Assembly (NCBI GenBank): GCA_963666515.2
Contig: OY762897.2
Coordinates: 3,136,001-3,200,000, forward strand
Origin: Candidatus Binatia bacterium
GTDB taxonomy: Bacteria > Desulfobacterota > Binatia > UBA9968 > JAJDTQ01
Direction of reading: 5' to 3'
DNA: 64,000 bases
This document shows, in pieces, positions 50,091 to 61,111 of this stretch. Within the stretch, counting starts at the first letter, position 1. Every line of letters begins with the position of its first letter. A model generated the notes under the pieces. The model saw only the letters and a list, made by a program, of their open reading frames with translations, did not search any database and was not told the origin of the DNA. The translations under genes were made by a program, and so were the position numbers.

Positions 50091-51419
50091 TCATGAACCC
50101 AGCGCCTCCATGGCCGCGTCGTGCACGAGCGGGCGGAACTGCCGGATGGCGTCGTTGTCCCGCGACGGGTGCACCCGGTTGGTCAGCAGCACGACGTGCA
50201 CGGCCCGCTCCAGGTCCCACCAGACGGAGGTGCCGGTGAAGCCCAGGTGGCCCACGGTGCGGGAGGAGAAGTGGCGTCCGCTGGAGGAACCCTGGGGTGA
50301 CGGCGTATCCCAGCCGAGCACGTGGGTCTGTCCGGGGAGAGTCCGTTCCGCCTCCAGGAACTCGCGCACGACGGCGCCGGGGAGATAATCCGGCTCCGCG
50401 TCTTCACGGCACCGTGCGAGGAAACAGAGAAAGCGGTGGATGTCCGGCGCGGACGAGAACAGGCCGGCGTGCCCGGCGACGCCACCTATAGCGTAGGCGT
50501 TGTCGTCGTGGACCTCGCCACAGAGGATCTTGCCGCGCCGGGGACAGTCCTCGGTGGCGGCGACGGCTCGGCCGGCGCCCGGCCGGGGCTCGGGGGCGGT
50601 CGCGCTCAAGTCCACGAAGAACGTCGAGGTCAGGCCCATGGGGGCGAATATCTCGTCGCGGCAGAACCGGTCCAGCGGCTTCCCGCTCAGCCTCTCGACG
50701 GCTTCGCCCAGGAGGATGAAGCCGAGGTCGCTGTAGAGATGCTTCTCGCCCGGCTGCGCCAGCAGTTCTTCGCCGTGGAGCCGGTCGAGGCAATGTCGCC
50801 GGAAGGCCGCGGCTTCCGCGCGTGCGTCGGCCATTTTCCTGGGAGGTGTGGCCACCACGCCCGCCTCTCCTCTGGATTCCGGCTTTCGCCGGAATGACGG
50901 GGGCGGGCCTTGGCGCTCCGTTCCCCTGGGAATGACGGATTCGTAGTAGGGCTTCCAGGCCGGGAGGCCGGAGGTGTGGTTCAGGAGCTGGCGGAACGTG
51001 ACCCAGGACTTGGCGCCCGCGATGAACTCGGGGACAGCCGTGCTCACCGGGTCGTCCCGGCGCACGCGTCCGTCACGGACCAGCAGCATCATGGCGGTGG
51101 CGGTGGCCACGGGCTTGGTGAGCGAGCTGAGGTCGAACACGGTATCGGGCGTCATGGGGAGTCGCTCGGGTACCAGCGCGCGACTGCCGTAGGAGCGATG
51201 GAAAAGGACTTCCCGGCCGCGGCCCACCAGCACCACGGCGCCCGGGGAGACGCCCTCGGACACGCCGCGACGGCAGGTCTCGTCCAGGACGCGCCACATC
51301 AGCGTGCCGCCCGCGTCGCCGGTTCCAGCGACATCAGACGTACCGCCCGTAACTCCGGCTCCACCGGCGTTAGCCATGCCGCAGGGGGCGCGGGTTCCGG
51401 CGGCATCAGCACGCCGCAC
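50091..51419 (-). CDS. Beta-lactamase-like serine hydrolase with in-frame insert; start uncertain
   Basis: SLTK, HTSGLP, YSD, GHAGLF, GHLGFTGT. Confidence 0.88.
   Translation of the reverse strand: MRRADAAGTRAPCGMANAGGAGVTGGTSDVAGTGDAGGTLMWRVLDETCRRGVSEGVSPGAVVLVGRGREVLFHRSYGSRALVPERLPMTPDTVFDLSSLTKPVATATAMMLLVRDGRVRRDDPVSTAVPEFIAGAKSWVTFRQLLNHTSGLPAWKPYYESVIPRGTERQGPPPSFRRKPESRGEAGVVATPPRKMADARAEAAAFRRHCLDRLHGEELLAQPGEKHLYSDLGFILLGEAVERLSGKPLDRFCRDEIFAPMGLTSTFFVDLSATAPEPRPGAGRAVAATEDCPRRGKILCGEVHDDNAYAIGGVAGHAGLFSSAPDIHRFLCFLARCREDAEPDYLPGAVVREFLEAERTLPGQTHVLGWDTPSPQGSSSGRHFSSRTVGHLGFTGTSVWWDLERAVHVVLLTNRVHPSRDNDAIRQFRPLVHDAAMEALGS
50872..50900. repeat. Palindromic repeat copy inside the serine hydrolase CDS
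   Basis: Identical to 44963-44991; encodes PSFRRKPES. Confidence 0.85.
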
Positions 51420-52335
51420 GGGTGGCCGGCTCCGCCAGCATCAGCACGCCGTTGCGGCCGTCCAGCTCGGCGGCGAGGCCGATGGGAAGCAGGGTGTTCG
51501 GGGTCATGTGGCCGCAGGGCAGACCCGTCACCACCGGGTAGGAGGCGTGGCGGAACACGTCGGCGAGCACCTCCGCGACGTCCCTCTCCGCCCCGGTCTC
51601 GCAGCCGTTGAAGGCCCCGGTCACCACGCCGGCGACGCCGTCGAGCTTCCCCGCCATGCGCAGGTGGGTCAGCATCCGTTCGATGCGGTAGGGCCGCTCG
51701 CCCACATCCTCCAGGAAAACGATCCTTCCCGTGGTGTCGATCTCGTAAGGGGTGCCGAGAGTGGTCACCAGCACCGAGAGGCACCCTCCCGCCAACGGTC
51801 CGCGCACGGGACCGTTGCCGCTACGGAGCACGCCGGTCCCCTTGATCTGCCACAGCCGGCGCTTCCCCGTGAGCGCGTCCCAGAAGCCGCTGCCGATGCC
51901 GCCTTCAAGCTCGCCGGCGAACTCGACGGCGACCATGGGCCCGTGGAAGGCCACGATCCCGCAGCTCTGCGACATCCAGTTGAGCAGGGCGGTGACGTCG
52001 CTGAAGCCGACGAAGATCTTGGGATGGGTGCGGATGAGCGCAGGGTCGAGAGCGGGCAGGAGCTGTATCGAGCCGAAACCGCCGCGGGCGCAGAAAATCG
52101 CGGCGATGTCGTCCCGCAGGAAGAAGCGCTCCAGCGTTTCCGCGCGCTGCTGCTCGCTCCCGGCCAGGTAGCCCTTGCGCTCGAGGATGCCCTCGGCCAG
52201 CAGCACGCGGAACCCGCGCGACTCCAGTGCGCGGACGCCCTTGGCCAGGAGGTCCTCGTACACGGCTCCGGCCGGGGCGATGACCCCGATGGTGTCTCCG
52301 GGCCTCAAGGGCGGCGGTTTGAGGAGGTTCGTCAC
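51406..52335 (-). CDS. ldcA: LD-carboxypeptidase (S66)
   Basis: RGGFG, GFSDVT, HGP, LEDVGE, GH. Confidence 0.9.
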   Translation of the reverse strand: MTNLLKPPPLRPGDTIGVIAPAGAVYEDLLAKGVRALESRGFRVLLAEGILERKGYLAGSEQQRAETLERFFLRDDIAAIFCARGGFGSIQLLPALDPALIRTHPKIFVGFSDVTALLNWMSQSCGIVAFHGPMVAVEFAGELEGGIGSGFWDALTGKRRLWQIKGTGVLRSGNGPVRGPLAGGCLSVLVTTLGTPYEIDTTGRIVFLEDVGERPYRIERMLTHLRMAGKLDGVAGVVTGAFNGCETGAERDVAEVLADVFRHASYPVVTGLPCGHMTPNTLLPIGLAAELDGRNGVLMLAEPATRAAC

Positions 52336-52460
52336 GTCTTTACAGGGTGTTACAGGCTATTTTGTCAAGATTTCCGTGGCACGGCAAACGCCGGGCGGAC
52401 GCCGTTCCCCTCTCCGTACCCGGACGGCGACGGATTTCCGACAAAAGTTGTCCACACCCC

Positions 52461-52488
52461 TTGACAGCGCGGAGACCGTGCTTACATT
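52461..52488 (+). promoter_or_regulatory. Sigma70-like promoter of groESL
   Basis: TTGACA-N16-TACATT. Confidence 0.6.
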
Positions 52489-52563
52489 ACCGCCACACCT
52501 CATCGTGAGCGTCTATCGGTCCATCGAAATACGTTACGACGAACTGGAAAAGGAGGAGACAAC

Positions 52564-52854
52564 ATGAACATCAGGCCCTTACAGGACCGGGTCATCGTCA
52601 AGCGGATCGAGGAAGAGGAGAAGACCGCGGGCGGGATCATCATCCCCGATACGGCCAAGGAAAAGCCCCAGGAGGGCGAGGTCGTCGCCGTGGGCAAGGG
52701 CAAGGCCGACGAGGACGGCAAGGTCACCCCGCTGGACGTCAAGGTCAACGACCGGGTGCTGTTCGGCAAGTACGCCGGCTCGGAGATCACCCTGGACGGC
52801 GAAGAGCACATCATCATGCGCGAGGACGACATCCTCGGCATCGTCGAGAAATAA
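52564..52854 (+). CDS. groES: Co-chaperonin GroES
   Basis: [23 protein letters not shown]. Confidence 0.98.
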   Translation: MNIRPLQDRVIVKRIEEEEKTAGGIIIPDTAKEKPQEGEVVAVGKGKADEDGKVTPLDVKVNDRVLFGKYAGSEITLDGEEHIIMREDDILGIVEK

Positions 52855-54540
<1,686 letters not shown>

Positions 54541-54564
54541 CCCTGCCATACCGGCTGGAACAAA

Positions 54565-54605
54565 GGGCCTGGGGCGTCTCCGAGGAGAGGCTCCAGGCCC
54601 TTTTT
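54565..54605 (+). terminator. Rho-independent terminator after groEL
   Basis: GGGCCTGG...CCAGGCCC followed by TTTTT. Confidence 0.75.
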
Positions 54606-54703
54606 GCGCGGCACCGGAATTGCGTCCTCTTGTCAGGATTCTTCGGTCGAAGTCGATCCCGGGCAGCATGTCGTCCGAGGATCACGTTGGACGCTGATCC
54701 AAA

Positions 54704-54955
54704 ATGTTGTATCGTGTCAACAGGTCCCGCCCAAGGCATCCGAAGAAGGAGATCGAAAATGCTTTGCGCGAGGCAGAGAGTGCGGGGTGGACCGTGACAC
54801 CAACGCGGTCCGGTCACCGCTGGGGCGTGATGCGATGCGGTGCGCCCGGTTCTCCCAAATGCCGGATGTCCATTTGGTCAACACCCCGCAACGCCGGCAA
54901 TCACGCCAGGCAATTACGGCGCTTTATCGTGCACTGCCCTCAACGCGGGGACTGA
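54704..54955 (+). CDS. HicA-like small toxin
   Basis: HPKKEIENALREAESAGW...GHRWG...SIWSTPRN. Confidence 0.65.
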   Translation: MLYRVNRSRPRHPKKEIENALREAESAGWTVTPTRSGHRWGVMRCGAPGSPKCRMSIWSTPRNAGNHARQLRRFIVHCPQRGD

Positions 54956-54974
54956 GGAAGAGGAACGCACTGAC

Positions 54975-56309
54975 ATGCCTACCTTCCACTTCACGCTGAT
55001 TGTCGACGGTCCCGATCTCCAGGACCAATCCTTGATCGACCCGTTGTTCGAGGCGGGTTGTGACGACGCGGCGATTGGTTGCAGCGACGACGTTCAGTAC
55101 GTCGACTTCGACCGCGAAGCGGAGAACCTCAATGACGCAATCCTGTCGGCCGTAGACGACCTGGAGAAACTCGACGGCGTTAAAGTCATCCGCATCGCCG
55201 ATGCTGGACTAACCTCGCTGGCGGATATTGCGGTCCGTGTCGGCCGCACCCGTGAAAGCATCCGGCTTCTGGCAAGCGGTGCGCGCGGTCCAGGCGGATT
55301 CCCGAAACCGGTCACCGATCCCCGCAGCCGATACCGATTGTGGCGCTGGACCGAGGTTGCGCATTGGTTCAAGGAACACCAGGGCGAGAGCCCGGCAGTC
55401 GCAGAGGACGAGTTGACGGCCGCCTACAACGCTGCCCTGGAATTCCGCCACCACCGCAGCCAGCTTGCGCCTTCGCATCCGATTTCGCTCCGCGAGCTTG
55501 TGGGAATGCCCGCACGTACGCTTACCGACGAACATCGAGCAAAGATAGGCCGCCTTCTTATCGAGAGGGTGTCCCAAGAATCACTGTTGGCGGAACGCAT
55601 CCTTGCCCCGATTGGCGAGACAGCAGCGACCCTTCCGTGCGTCGGATTGACCGGATTTCTTGCTGCACAGGGGTGTATGTACAGAGGGGAGCTGATGGTG
55701 GTTGGCCGTGCCGCAAACGGCTGGGAGGTTTGCGGCTACCCCTACGGGGTCTATCCCGAGGAACTGACCGACCCCACTTTGCGCATGAGATTCGCACAAG
55801 CGGTCCAGGAGAGCGTTGGCGGCGAACACCCGATGGGATGGGTACGCGAGAAATGGGGCCTAGGAGCCAGCTACAACACCAGGAGATCGGCCTTCTGGAG
55901 GGTGATTCGGAGGGTAACTGAGGGCCTGAATATCGCGGGTAAAGACGCTGAGAATTGGCCCTGCCATCTCGTGTGGTCGAACCTATACAAGGTGTCTCCA
56001 TCGGACGGAGGCAATCCCAGCGGTCAGCTCTGCAATCGCCAATTCGCCGGGTGCAGCGATCTGTTCCAACTGGAACTGAATACCTACCGCCCTAGACGCC
56101 TGCTTCTGCTAACCGGCTTGAACTGGGCCGACGGGTTCTTGCCCGATTTGGATGAGCAAGAATCGCCCCTCCACTACGTAGAGTATGTAGAGCGAGCGGG
56201 ATGCCTTGCCCGTAGCGAGGGTTACCAAACGCACGTTGTCGTCGCGTGCCATCCTCAAGGGAAGGACGAAGACAAATGGACGAGGGAAGTACTCTGCGCC
56301 TTTGATTGA
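54975..56309 (+). CDS. Antitoxin-like DNA-binding protein fused to a uracil-DNA-glycosylase-like domain
   Basis: N-part: FTL...LFEAGCDDA...FDREA, HTH, FPKP, LWRWTEV. C-part: VVGRAANGW, SAFWRV, WSNLYK, CHPQG. Confidence 0.6.
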   Translation: MPTFHFTLIVDGPDLQDQSLIDPLFEAGCDDAAIGCSDDVQYVDFDREAENLNDAILSAVDDLEKLDGVKVIRIADAGLTSLADIAVRVGRTRESIRLLASGARGPGGFPKPVTDPRSRYRLWRWTEVAHWFKEHQGESPAVAEDELTAAYNAALEFRHHRSQLAPSHPISLRELVGMPARTLTDEHRAKIGRLLIERVSQESLLAERILAPIGETAATLPCVGLTGFLAAQGCMYRGELMVVGRAANGWEVCGYPYGVYPEELTDPTLRMRFAQAVQESVGGEHPMGWVREKWGLGASYNTRRSAFWRVIRRVTEGLNIAGKDAENWPCHLVWSNLYKVSPSDGGNPSGQLCNRQFAGCSDLFQLELNTYRPRRLLLLTGLNWADGFLPDLDEQESPLHYVEYVERAGCLARSEGYQTHVVVACHPQGKDEDKWTREVLCAFD

Positions 56310-56644
56310 GGGGTGAACTCCCGACCTCCTCTGCACGCGCCGGACGCAGGGACGGACAGGAATTTGACCTTGATCATGAAACTGACATAGTGAAGCAGTC
56401 AGGGAAAGGCCATAGTAAAATGCGTCGACGGACAGAAGATGAAGACGGCCGGCGAAAGGCATCCCGACACTTGCGTGCCTCGTTGATGACCGGACTTGCG
56501 GAACTCACTTCGTTTGGTCACCCAGCGAAACGCATAACCTGCCCGTCTACCGATGTAGCCGGTGCTCTGAGGAGTGACTGGATACGAATAGGCCGAGACA
56601 TGGGAAAGGTCTTGGTTCGCAAACGAAATGGCCGGGACGCGTGA
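56306..56644 (+). CDS. Hypothetical protein
   Basis: ORF with ALRSDWIRIGRDM motif; start uncertain. Confidence 0.4.
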   Translation: MRGELPTSSARAGRRDGQEFDLDHETDIVKQSGKGHSKMRRRTEDEDGRRKASRHLRASLMTGLAELTSFGHPAKRITCPSTDVAGALRSDWIRIGRDMGKVLVRKRNGRDA

Positions 56645-56876
56645 CGCACATATCGTGTCCGACCCGGAAATCCTCGGCGGCACCCCCGTGATACGCGGTA
56701 CGCGGATGACCGTCTATTCGGTGCTGGGACGTTTGCAGGACGGGGACAGCATCGACGATCTCACCGCGGACAATCCCGATATCCCTCGCGAAGCATTTGA
56801 AGCGGCGGCCATCTTTGCCCGGGCACATCCTTTACGAGGCCGACCGAGCGGACGGCCGTGGCGCAACGCGCCGTGA
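56628..56876 (+). CDS. DUF433 family protein
   Basis: IVSDPEILGGTPVIRGTRMTV. Confidence 0.88.
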   Translation: MAGTRDAHIVSDPEILGGTPVIRGTRMTVYSVLGRLQDGDSIDDLTADNPDIPREAFEAAAIFARAHPLRGRPSGRPWRNAP

Positions 56877-56944
56877 CGAAGCTCAGGTGCCGGAAGATTT
56901 GACCTGCATCACCAAACTGGCATATTGAAGCGGTCAAGGTAGCC

Positions 56945-58291
56945 ATGTTCGAGAACCTCACCGACAAGCTGGAGCAGACCTTCAAGCGGCTGCGGGGGCA
57001 GGGCAGGATCACCGAGTCCAACGTGGCGGAGTCGTTGCGGGAGGTGCGTCTGGCGCTCTTGGAGGCGGACGTCAACTTCAAGGTGGTCAAGGGCTTCATG
57101 GAGTCGGTGCAGGCCAAGTCCATGGGGCAGGACGTGCTCCAGAGCCTGACGCCGGACCAGCAGCTCATCAAGATCGTCAGGGAGGAGCTGATCGGGATTC
57201 TGGGCGGGGAGGCCGCGGGGCTGGACCTCAAGGGGCGGCAGCCGGTGGTGCTGATGCTGGTGGGGCTCCAGGGATCGGGGAAGACCACCACCGCGGTGAA
57301 GCTGGCGCTGCACCTGAAGAAGCAGCAGAAGCGGACGCCCTACCTCGTGTCCGCGGACGTGTACCGGCCGGCGGCACGGGAGCAGTTGCGGACGCTGTGT
57401 GAGGAGAACGGGCTGCCGGTATACGACTCCGGCGACAGCTCGGCTCCGGTGGAGATCTGCCGCGCCGCCCTGGACAAGGCCAACCAGCGGCTGTGCGACG
57501 TGCTGATCGTGGACACCGCGGGGCGGCTTCAGATCGACGAGGAGATGATGCAGGAGCTGGCGGCGATCCGCTCGGCGCTGGAGCCCCGGAACATCCTCCT
57601 CACCCTCGACGCCATGATCGGGCAGGACGCCGTCAACCAGGCCCAGGGCTTCAACGAGGCGCTGGACCTCGCCGGGGTGGTCCTGACCAAGATGGACGGC
57701 GACGCCCGGGGCGGCGCGGCGCTCTCGGTGCGGGCGGTGGTGGGCAAGCCGGTGCTCTACGTCGGCGTCGGCGAGAAGGCGGACGCCCTGGAACCCTTCT
57801 TCCCGGACCGCATGGCGTCGCGCATCCTCGGCATGGGCGACGTGCTGTCGCTGATCGAGAAGGCGGAGCAGGCCGTCGACAAGAAGGCCGCGCCGAAGCT
57901 CGAACAGCGGATGCGCAAGGGGGAGTTCACGCTGGAGGACTTCCAGACCCAGATGCAGGCCATCAAGAAGATGGGCTCCATCGGCGGCCTGCTGGACATG
58001 GTGCCCGGCGGACGGAAGCTGGGCCAGCAGGTGGACATGGCCCACGCGGAGAAGGAGATGAAGCGCGTGGAGGCCATCATCAACTCCATGACGCTCAAGG
58101 AGCGGCGCAACCCGGCGCTGCTGAACGGCAGCCGCAGGCGGCGCATCGCCGACGGTAGCGGCACCACCGTCACCGACGTGAACCGCCTCATGAAACAGTT
58201 CATGGAGATGAAGAAGATGATGCAGCGCATGAAGAAGTCGGGCGGCAAGCGGCGCGGCATGCTGGGCCGTTTGTCAATGCCCTTCCAATGA
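56945..58291 (+). CDS. ffh: Signal recognition particle protein
   Basis: GLQGSGKTT, DTAGR, TKMDG, M domain. Confidence 0.98.
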   Translation: MFENLTDKLEQTFKRLRGQGRITESNVAESLREVRLALLEADVNFKVVKGFMESVQAKSMGQDVLQSLTPDQQLIKIVREELIGILGGEAAGLDLKGRQPVVLMLVGLQGSGKTTTAVKLALHLKKQQKRTPYLVSADVYRPAAREQLRTLCEENGLPVYDSGDSSAPVEICRAALDKANQRLCDVLIVDTAGRLQIDEEMMQELAAIRSALEPRNILLTLDAMIGQDAVNQAQGFNEALDLAGVVLTKMDGDARGGAALSVRAVVGKPVLYVGVGEKADALEPFFPDRMASRILGMGDVLSLIEKAEQAVDKKAAPKLEQRMRKGEFTLEDFQTQMQAIKKMGSIGGLLDMVPGGRKLGQQVDMAHAEKEMKRVEAIINSMTLKERRNPALLNGSRRRRIADGSGTTVTDVNRLMKQFMEMKKMMQRMKKSGGKRRGMLGRLSMPFQ

Positions 58292-58330
58292 ACTAAAAAC
58301 GGTAGAAAAACAGGAGAAAGAAGACCCCGT

Positions 58331-58606
58331 ATGAGCGTGAAGATCAGACTCAGCCGGCACGGCGCGAAGAAGCGCCCCTACTACCGCATCGTGGTGGCGG
58401 ACGCCCGCAATCCCCGTGACGGACGGTTCATCGAGCAGGTGGGCACCTACGACCCCACGACTCCCTCGGCCGCGCTGAAGCTCGACCAGGCCAAGGTCGA
58501 TGGATGGCTGAAGAAGGGGGCGCAACCGACCCAGACCGTGCGCAATCTCATCAAGCGGGCGGCCAAGGAAGCGCCCGCAGCCGCGGTAGAGAGCCCAGTC
58601 TCTTGA
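58331..58606 (+). CDS. rpsP: 30S ribosomal protein S16
   Basis: VKIRLSR...PYYRIVVAD...RDGRFIE. Confidence 0.98.
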   Translation: MSVKIRLSRHGAKKRPYYRIVVADARNPRDGRFIEQVGTYDPTTPSAALKLDQAKVDGWLKKGAQPTQTVRNLIKRAAKEAPAAAVESPVS

Positions 58607-58839
58607 AGGAACTGGTACAGTACCTTGCGCAGTCCATCGTGAACCGGCCCGACGCCGTCGAGGTCACGGAAACGCAGGACGACGGCGCCTCGGTGGTGGA
58701 GCTCAAGGTCGCCAAGGAGGACCTCGGCCGGGTCATCGGCAAGCAGGGCCGCACCGCCAAATCCCTGCGAACCATCCTGAACGCCGCCGCCGCCAGGACC
58801 AACCGGAAGGTCGTCCTCGAGATCGTCGACGAACAATAA
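58603..58839 (+). CDS. khpA: KH-domain RNA-binding protein
   Basis: [13 protein letters not shown]; TTG start overlaps the rpsP stop. Confidence 0.92.
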   Translation: MKELVQYLAQSIVNRPDAVEVTETQDDGASVVELKVAKEDLGRVIGKQGRTAKSLRTILNAAAARTNRKVVLEIVDEQ

Positions 58840-58855
58840 CCGCCGCCCTTTCCCT

Positions 58856-59371
58856 TTGTCCGGTAACCAGATCGCCCTGGGCGACATCGTAGCCACGCAC
58901 GGCGTCGCCGGCTGGGTGCGAGTGAAGCTGTTCAACCCCGAAGGCAGAACGCTCTACTCCGCCGAAGAGGTAGAGTTGGCGCGCGGCGAGAACCGCCGGA
59001 TCCTTCCGGTGGACCGGGCCCGGCCCCACCGCGGGCTCGCCCTGCTGAAGCTCCGCGGCGTCGACGACATGGACGCGGCGCGGGACTTGGTGGGATGCCG
59101 CCTGTCGGTGCAACGGGACGCGCTCGCGCCGCTGAGCGCATCCGAGTACTACCACGAGGAGGTGGTGGGCTTCGAGGTCGTGGACGCCGCGGGCGCGCGC
59201 ATCGGCACGGTCACGCGCATATGGCCCAGGCCGGGCGGCGACCTGCTGGTGGTCGCCGCGCCCGGAAAAGAACACCTGATCCCCGCGGTCAGGGAGTTCA
59301 TCCGGCACGTCGACATCGTAAACGGGACCGTCACCATCGACCTGCCGGAGGGGCTTCTGGAGATCGAGTGA
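58856..59371 (+). CDS. rimM: Ribosome maturation factor RimM
   Basis: [21 protein letters not shown]; operon position. Confidence 0.92.
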   Translation: MSGNQIALGDIVATHGVAGWVRVKLFNPEGRTLYSAEEVELARGENRRILPVDRARPHRGLALLKLRGVDDMDAARDLVGCRLSVQRDALAPLSASEYYHEEVVGFEVVDAAGARIGTVTRIWPRPGGDLLVVAAPGKEHLIPAVREFIRHVDIVNGTVTIDLPEGLLEIE

Positions 59372-59424
59372 CGGGTTCCGCAAGCTCGCAGGACAAGAGC
59401 TTGCGCCCTTCGCCAACCGCTGCC

Positions 59425-60705
59425 ATGCATTTCTCGGTCATCACGCTTTTCCCGGAGATCTTCGAGTCGCCGCTGGCCCACAGCATCCTCAGGCGGGCGC
59501 GGGAGAAGAATATCCTCACCATCGACTTGGTGGACCTGCGGCGGTACACCCACGACCGGCACCGCACCGCCGACGACTACCCCTACGGCGGCGGCCAGGG
59601 CATGGTGCTGAAGCCGGAGCCGCTCATCGAAGCCATCGAGGACTGCCGGCGCCGGCTGAAGGACCCGCGGGTGGTGCTGCTGTCGCCCCGCGGCAGGGTG
59701 TTCGATCAGCGGATCGCCGCCGAGACCTCGCGCCACCGGGAGGTGGTGCTGGTCTGCGGCCGATACGAGGGGGTCGACGAGCGGGTGGTGGGTTACGCCG
59801 ACGACGTCCTGTCCGTGGGGGACTACACGCTGAGCGGCGGCGAGATACCGGCTCTCGCCGTCATCGACACGGTGGCGCGGCTGGTGCCCGGGGTCCTGGG
59901 CAACGAGCGATCGGCCCGCGAGGACTCTTTCGCCGACGGCCTGCTGGAGTATCCGCAGTACACCCGGCCGGCGGAATACCGGGGCATGAAGGTCCCGGAG
60001 GTGCTGCTGTCGGGCGACCACGAGGCGGTCCGCCGCTGGCGCCACGGGATGAGCGTCGAGCTGACCGCGCGGCTGCGGCCGGACCTGCTGGCCGGGGCGC
60101 CGGCCGCGGCCGCCGGCCCTCGGGCGGACGTCTACGTGGCGCTGCTGCACCATCCGGTCTCCGACCGGCGTGGCGACACCGTCACCTCGTCCATCACCAA
60201 CCTCGACATCCACGACATCGCCCGCACCTGCCGCACCTACGGGGTCAAGGGTTTCTACGTGGTCAATCCGGTGAAGACCCTCCAGAAGCTGGCGGCCCGG
60301 ATCATCCACCACTGGGAACGGGGCTACGGCAGCTCCTACAACAGCACGCGCCGGGAAGCCCTTTCGCTGGTGCGGCTGTGCGACACCCTGGACGACGCGG
60401 CCGCGGACGTGCAGCGGGAGTGTGGAACCTCCCCCCGGCTGGTGGCGACCTCCGCCCGCTCCGGCCACGGAACCTACCGGATTACTTTTGGAAACATGCG
60501 GGAGATGCTATTAAGGGACGAAGTTCCCTGCATGATCCTGCTGGGTACGGGCTGGGGTCTGGCGGATGCCGTCTTCGCCCGTTCGGACCTGGTGCTGGAA
60601 CCCATCTCGGGCAGGGACGATTACAATCATCTTTCCGTACGAGCTGCGTCCGCCATCATGCTGGATCGTATCCTGGGACGGTTGATGGAAGGGAGCGTCA
60701 AATGA
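59425..60705 (+). CDS. trmD: tRNA m1G37 methyltransferase fused to a second SPOUT domain
   Basis: [30 protein letters not shown]; then ALLHHPV...[10 protein letters not shown]...YNHLSVR. Confidence 0.93.
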   Translation: MHFSVITLFPEIFESPLAHSILRRAREKNILTIDLVDLRRYTHDRHRTADDYPYGGGQGMVLKPEPLIEAIEDCRRRLKDPRVVLLSPRGRVFDQRIAAETSRHREVVLVCGRYEGVDERVVGYADDVLSVGDYTLSGGEIPALAVIDTVARLVPGVLGNERSAREDSFADGLLEYPQYTRPAEYRGMKVPEVLLSGDHEAVRRWRHGMSVELTARLRPDLLAGAPAAAAGPRADVYVALLHHPVSDRRGDTVTSSITNLDIHDIARTCRTYGVKGFYVVNPVKTLQKLAARIIHHWERGYGSSYNSTRREALSLVRLCDTLDDAAADVQRECGTSPRLVATSARSGHGTYRITFGNMREMLLRDEVPCMILLGTGWGLADAVFARSDLVLEPISGRDDYNHLSVRAASAIMLDRILGRLMEGSVK

Positions 60706-61058
60706 ACGTCATTGACCGAATCGAGCAGGAGCAGACGCGGGAAACGCCACGGCTCAAGCCCGGACAGCGGGTCCGTGTCCATGTACGCATCGTGGAAGGC
60801 GAGAAGGAGCGCATCCAGGTCTTCGAGGGCGTGGTCATCGGCATCTCCGGGAGCGGCAGCCGCGAGACCTTCATGGTCCGCAAGACCTCCTACGGCGTGG
60901 GCGTGGAACGCATCTTTCCGCTCCACTCGCCGCGCATCGAGAAGGTCGAGGTGGTCACCCAGGGGCGGGTACGCAGAGCCAAGCTGTACTACCTGAGAAA
61001 CCTCTCGGGCAAACGCGCCCGGCTGGAGGAAGACCGCAGGCCGCGCGCGTCGCGCTGA
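60702..61058 (+). CDS. rplS: 50S ribosomal protein L19
   Basis: [25 protein letters not shown]. Confidence 0.97.
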   Translation: MNVIDRIEQEQTRETPRLKPGQRVRVHVRIVEGEKERIQVFEGVVIGISGSGSRETFMVRKTSYGVGVERIFPLHSPRIEKVEVVTQGRVRRAKLYYLRNLSGKRARLEEDRRPRASR

Positions 61059-61111
61059 CCATCGCCGGATCGGAATACCGGCGGGCCTGAAACTCGCCGC
61101 CGCAAGCCGAA

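Noticed and set aside
52336-52563. Possible CIRCE operator or DnaA box upstream of groES
   Set aside because: No TTAGCACTC-N9-GAGTGCTAA is present; only a single mismatched TTGTCCACA
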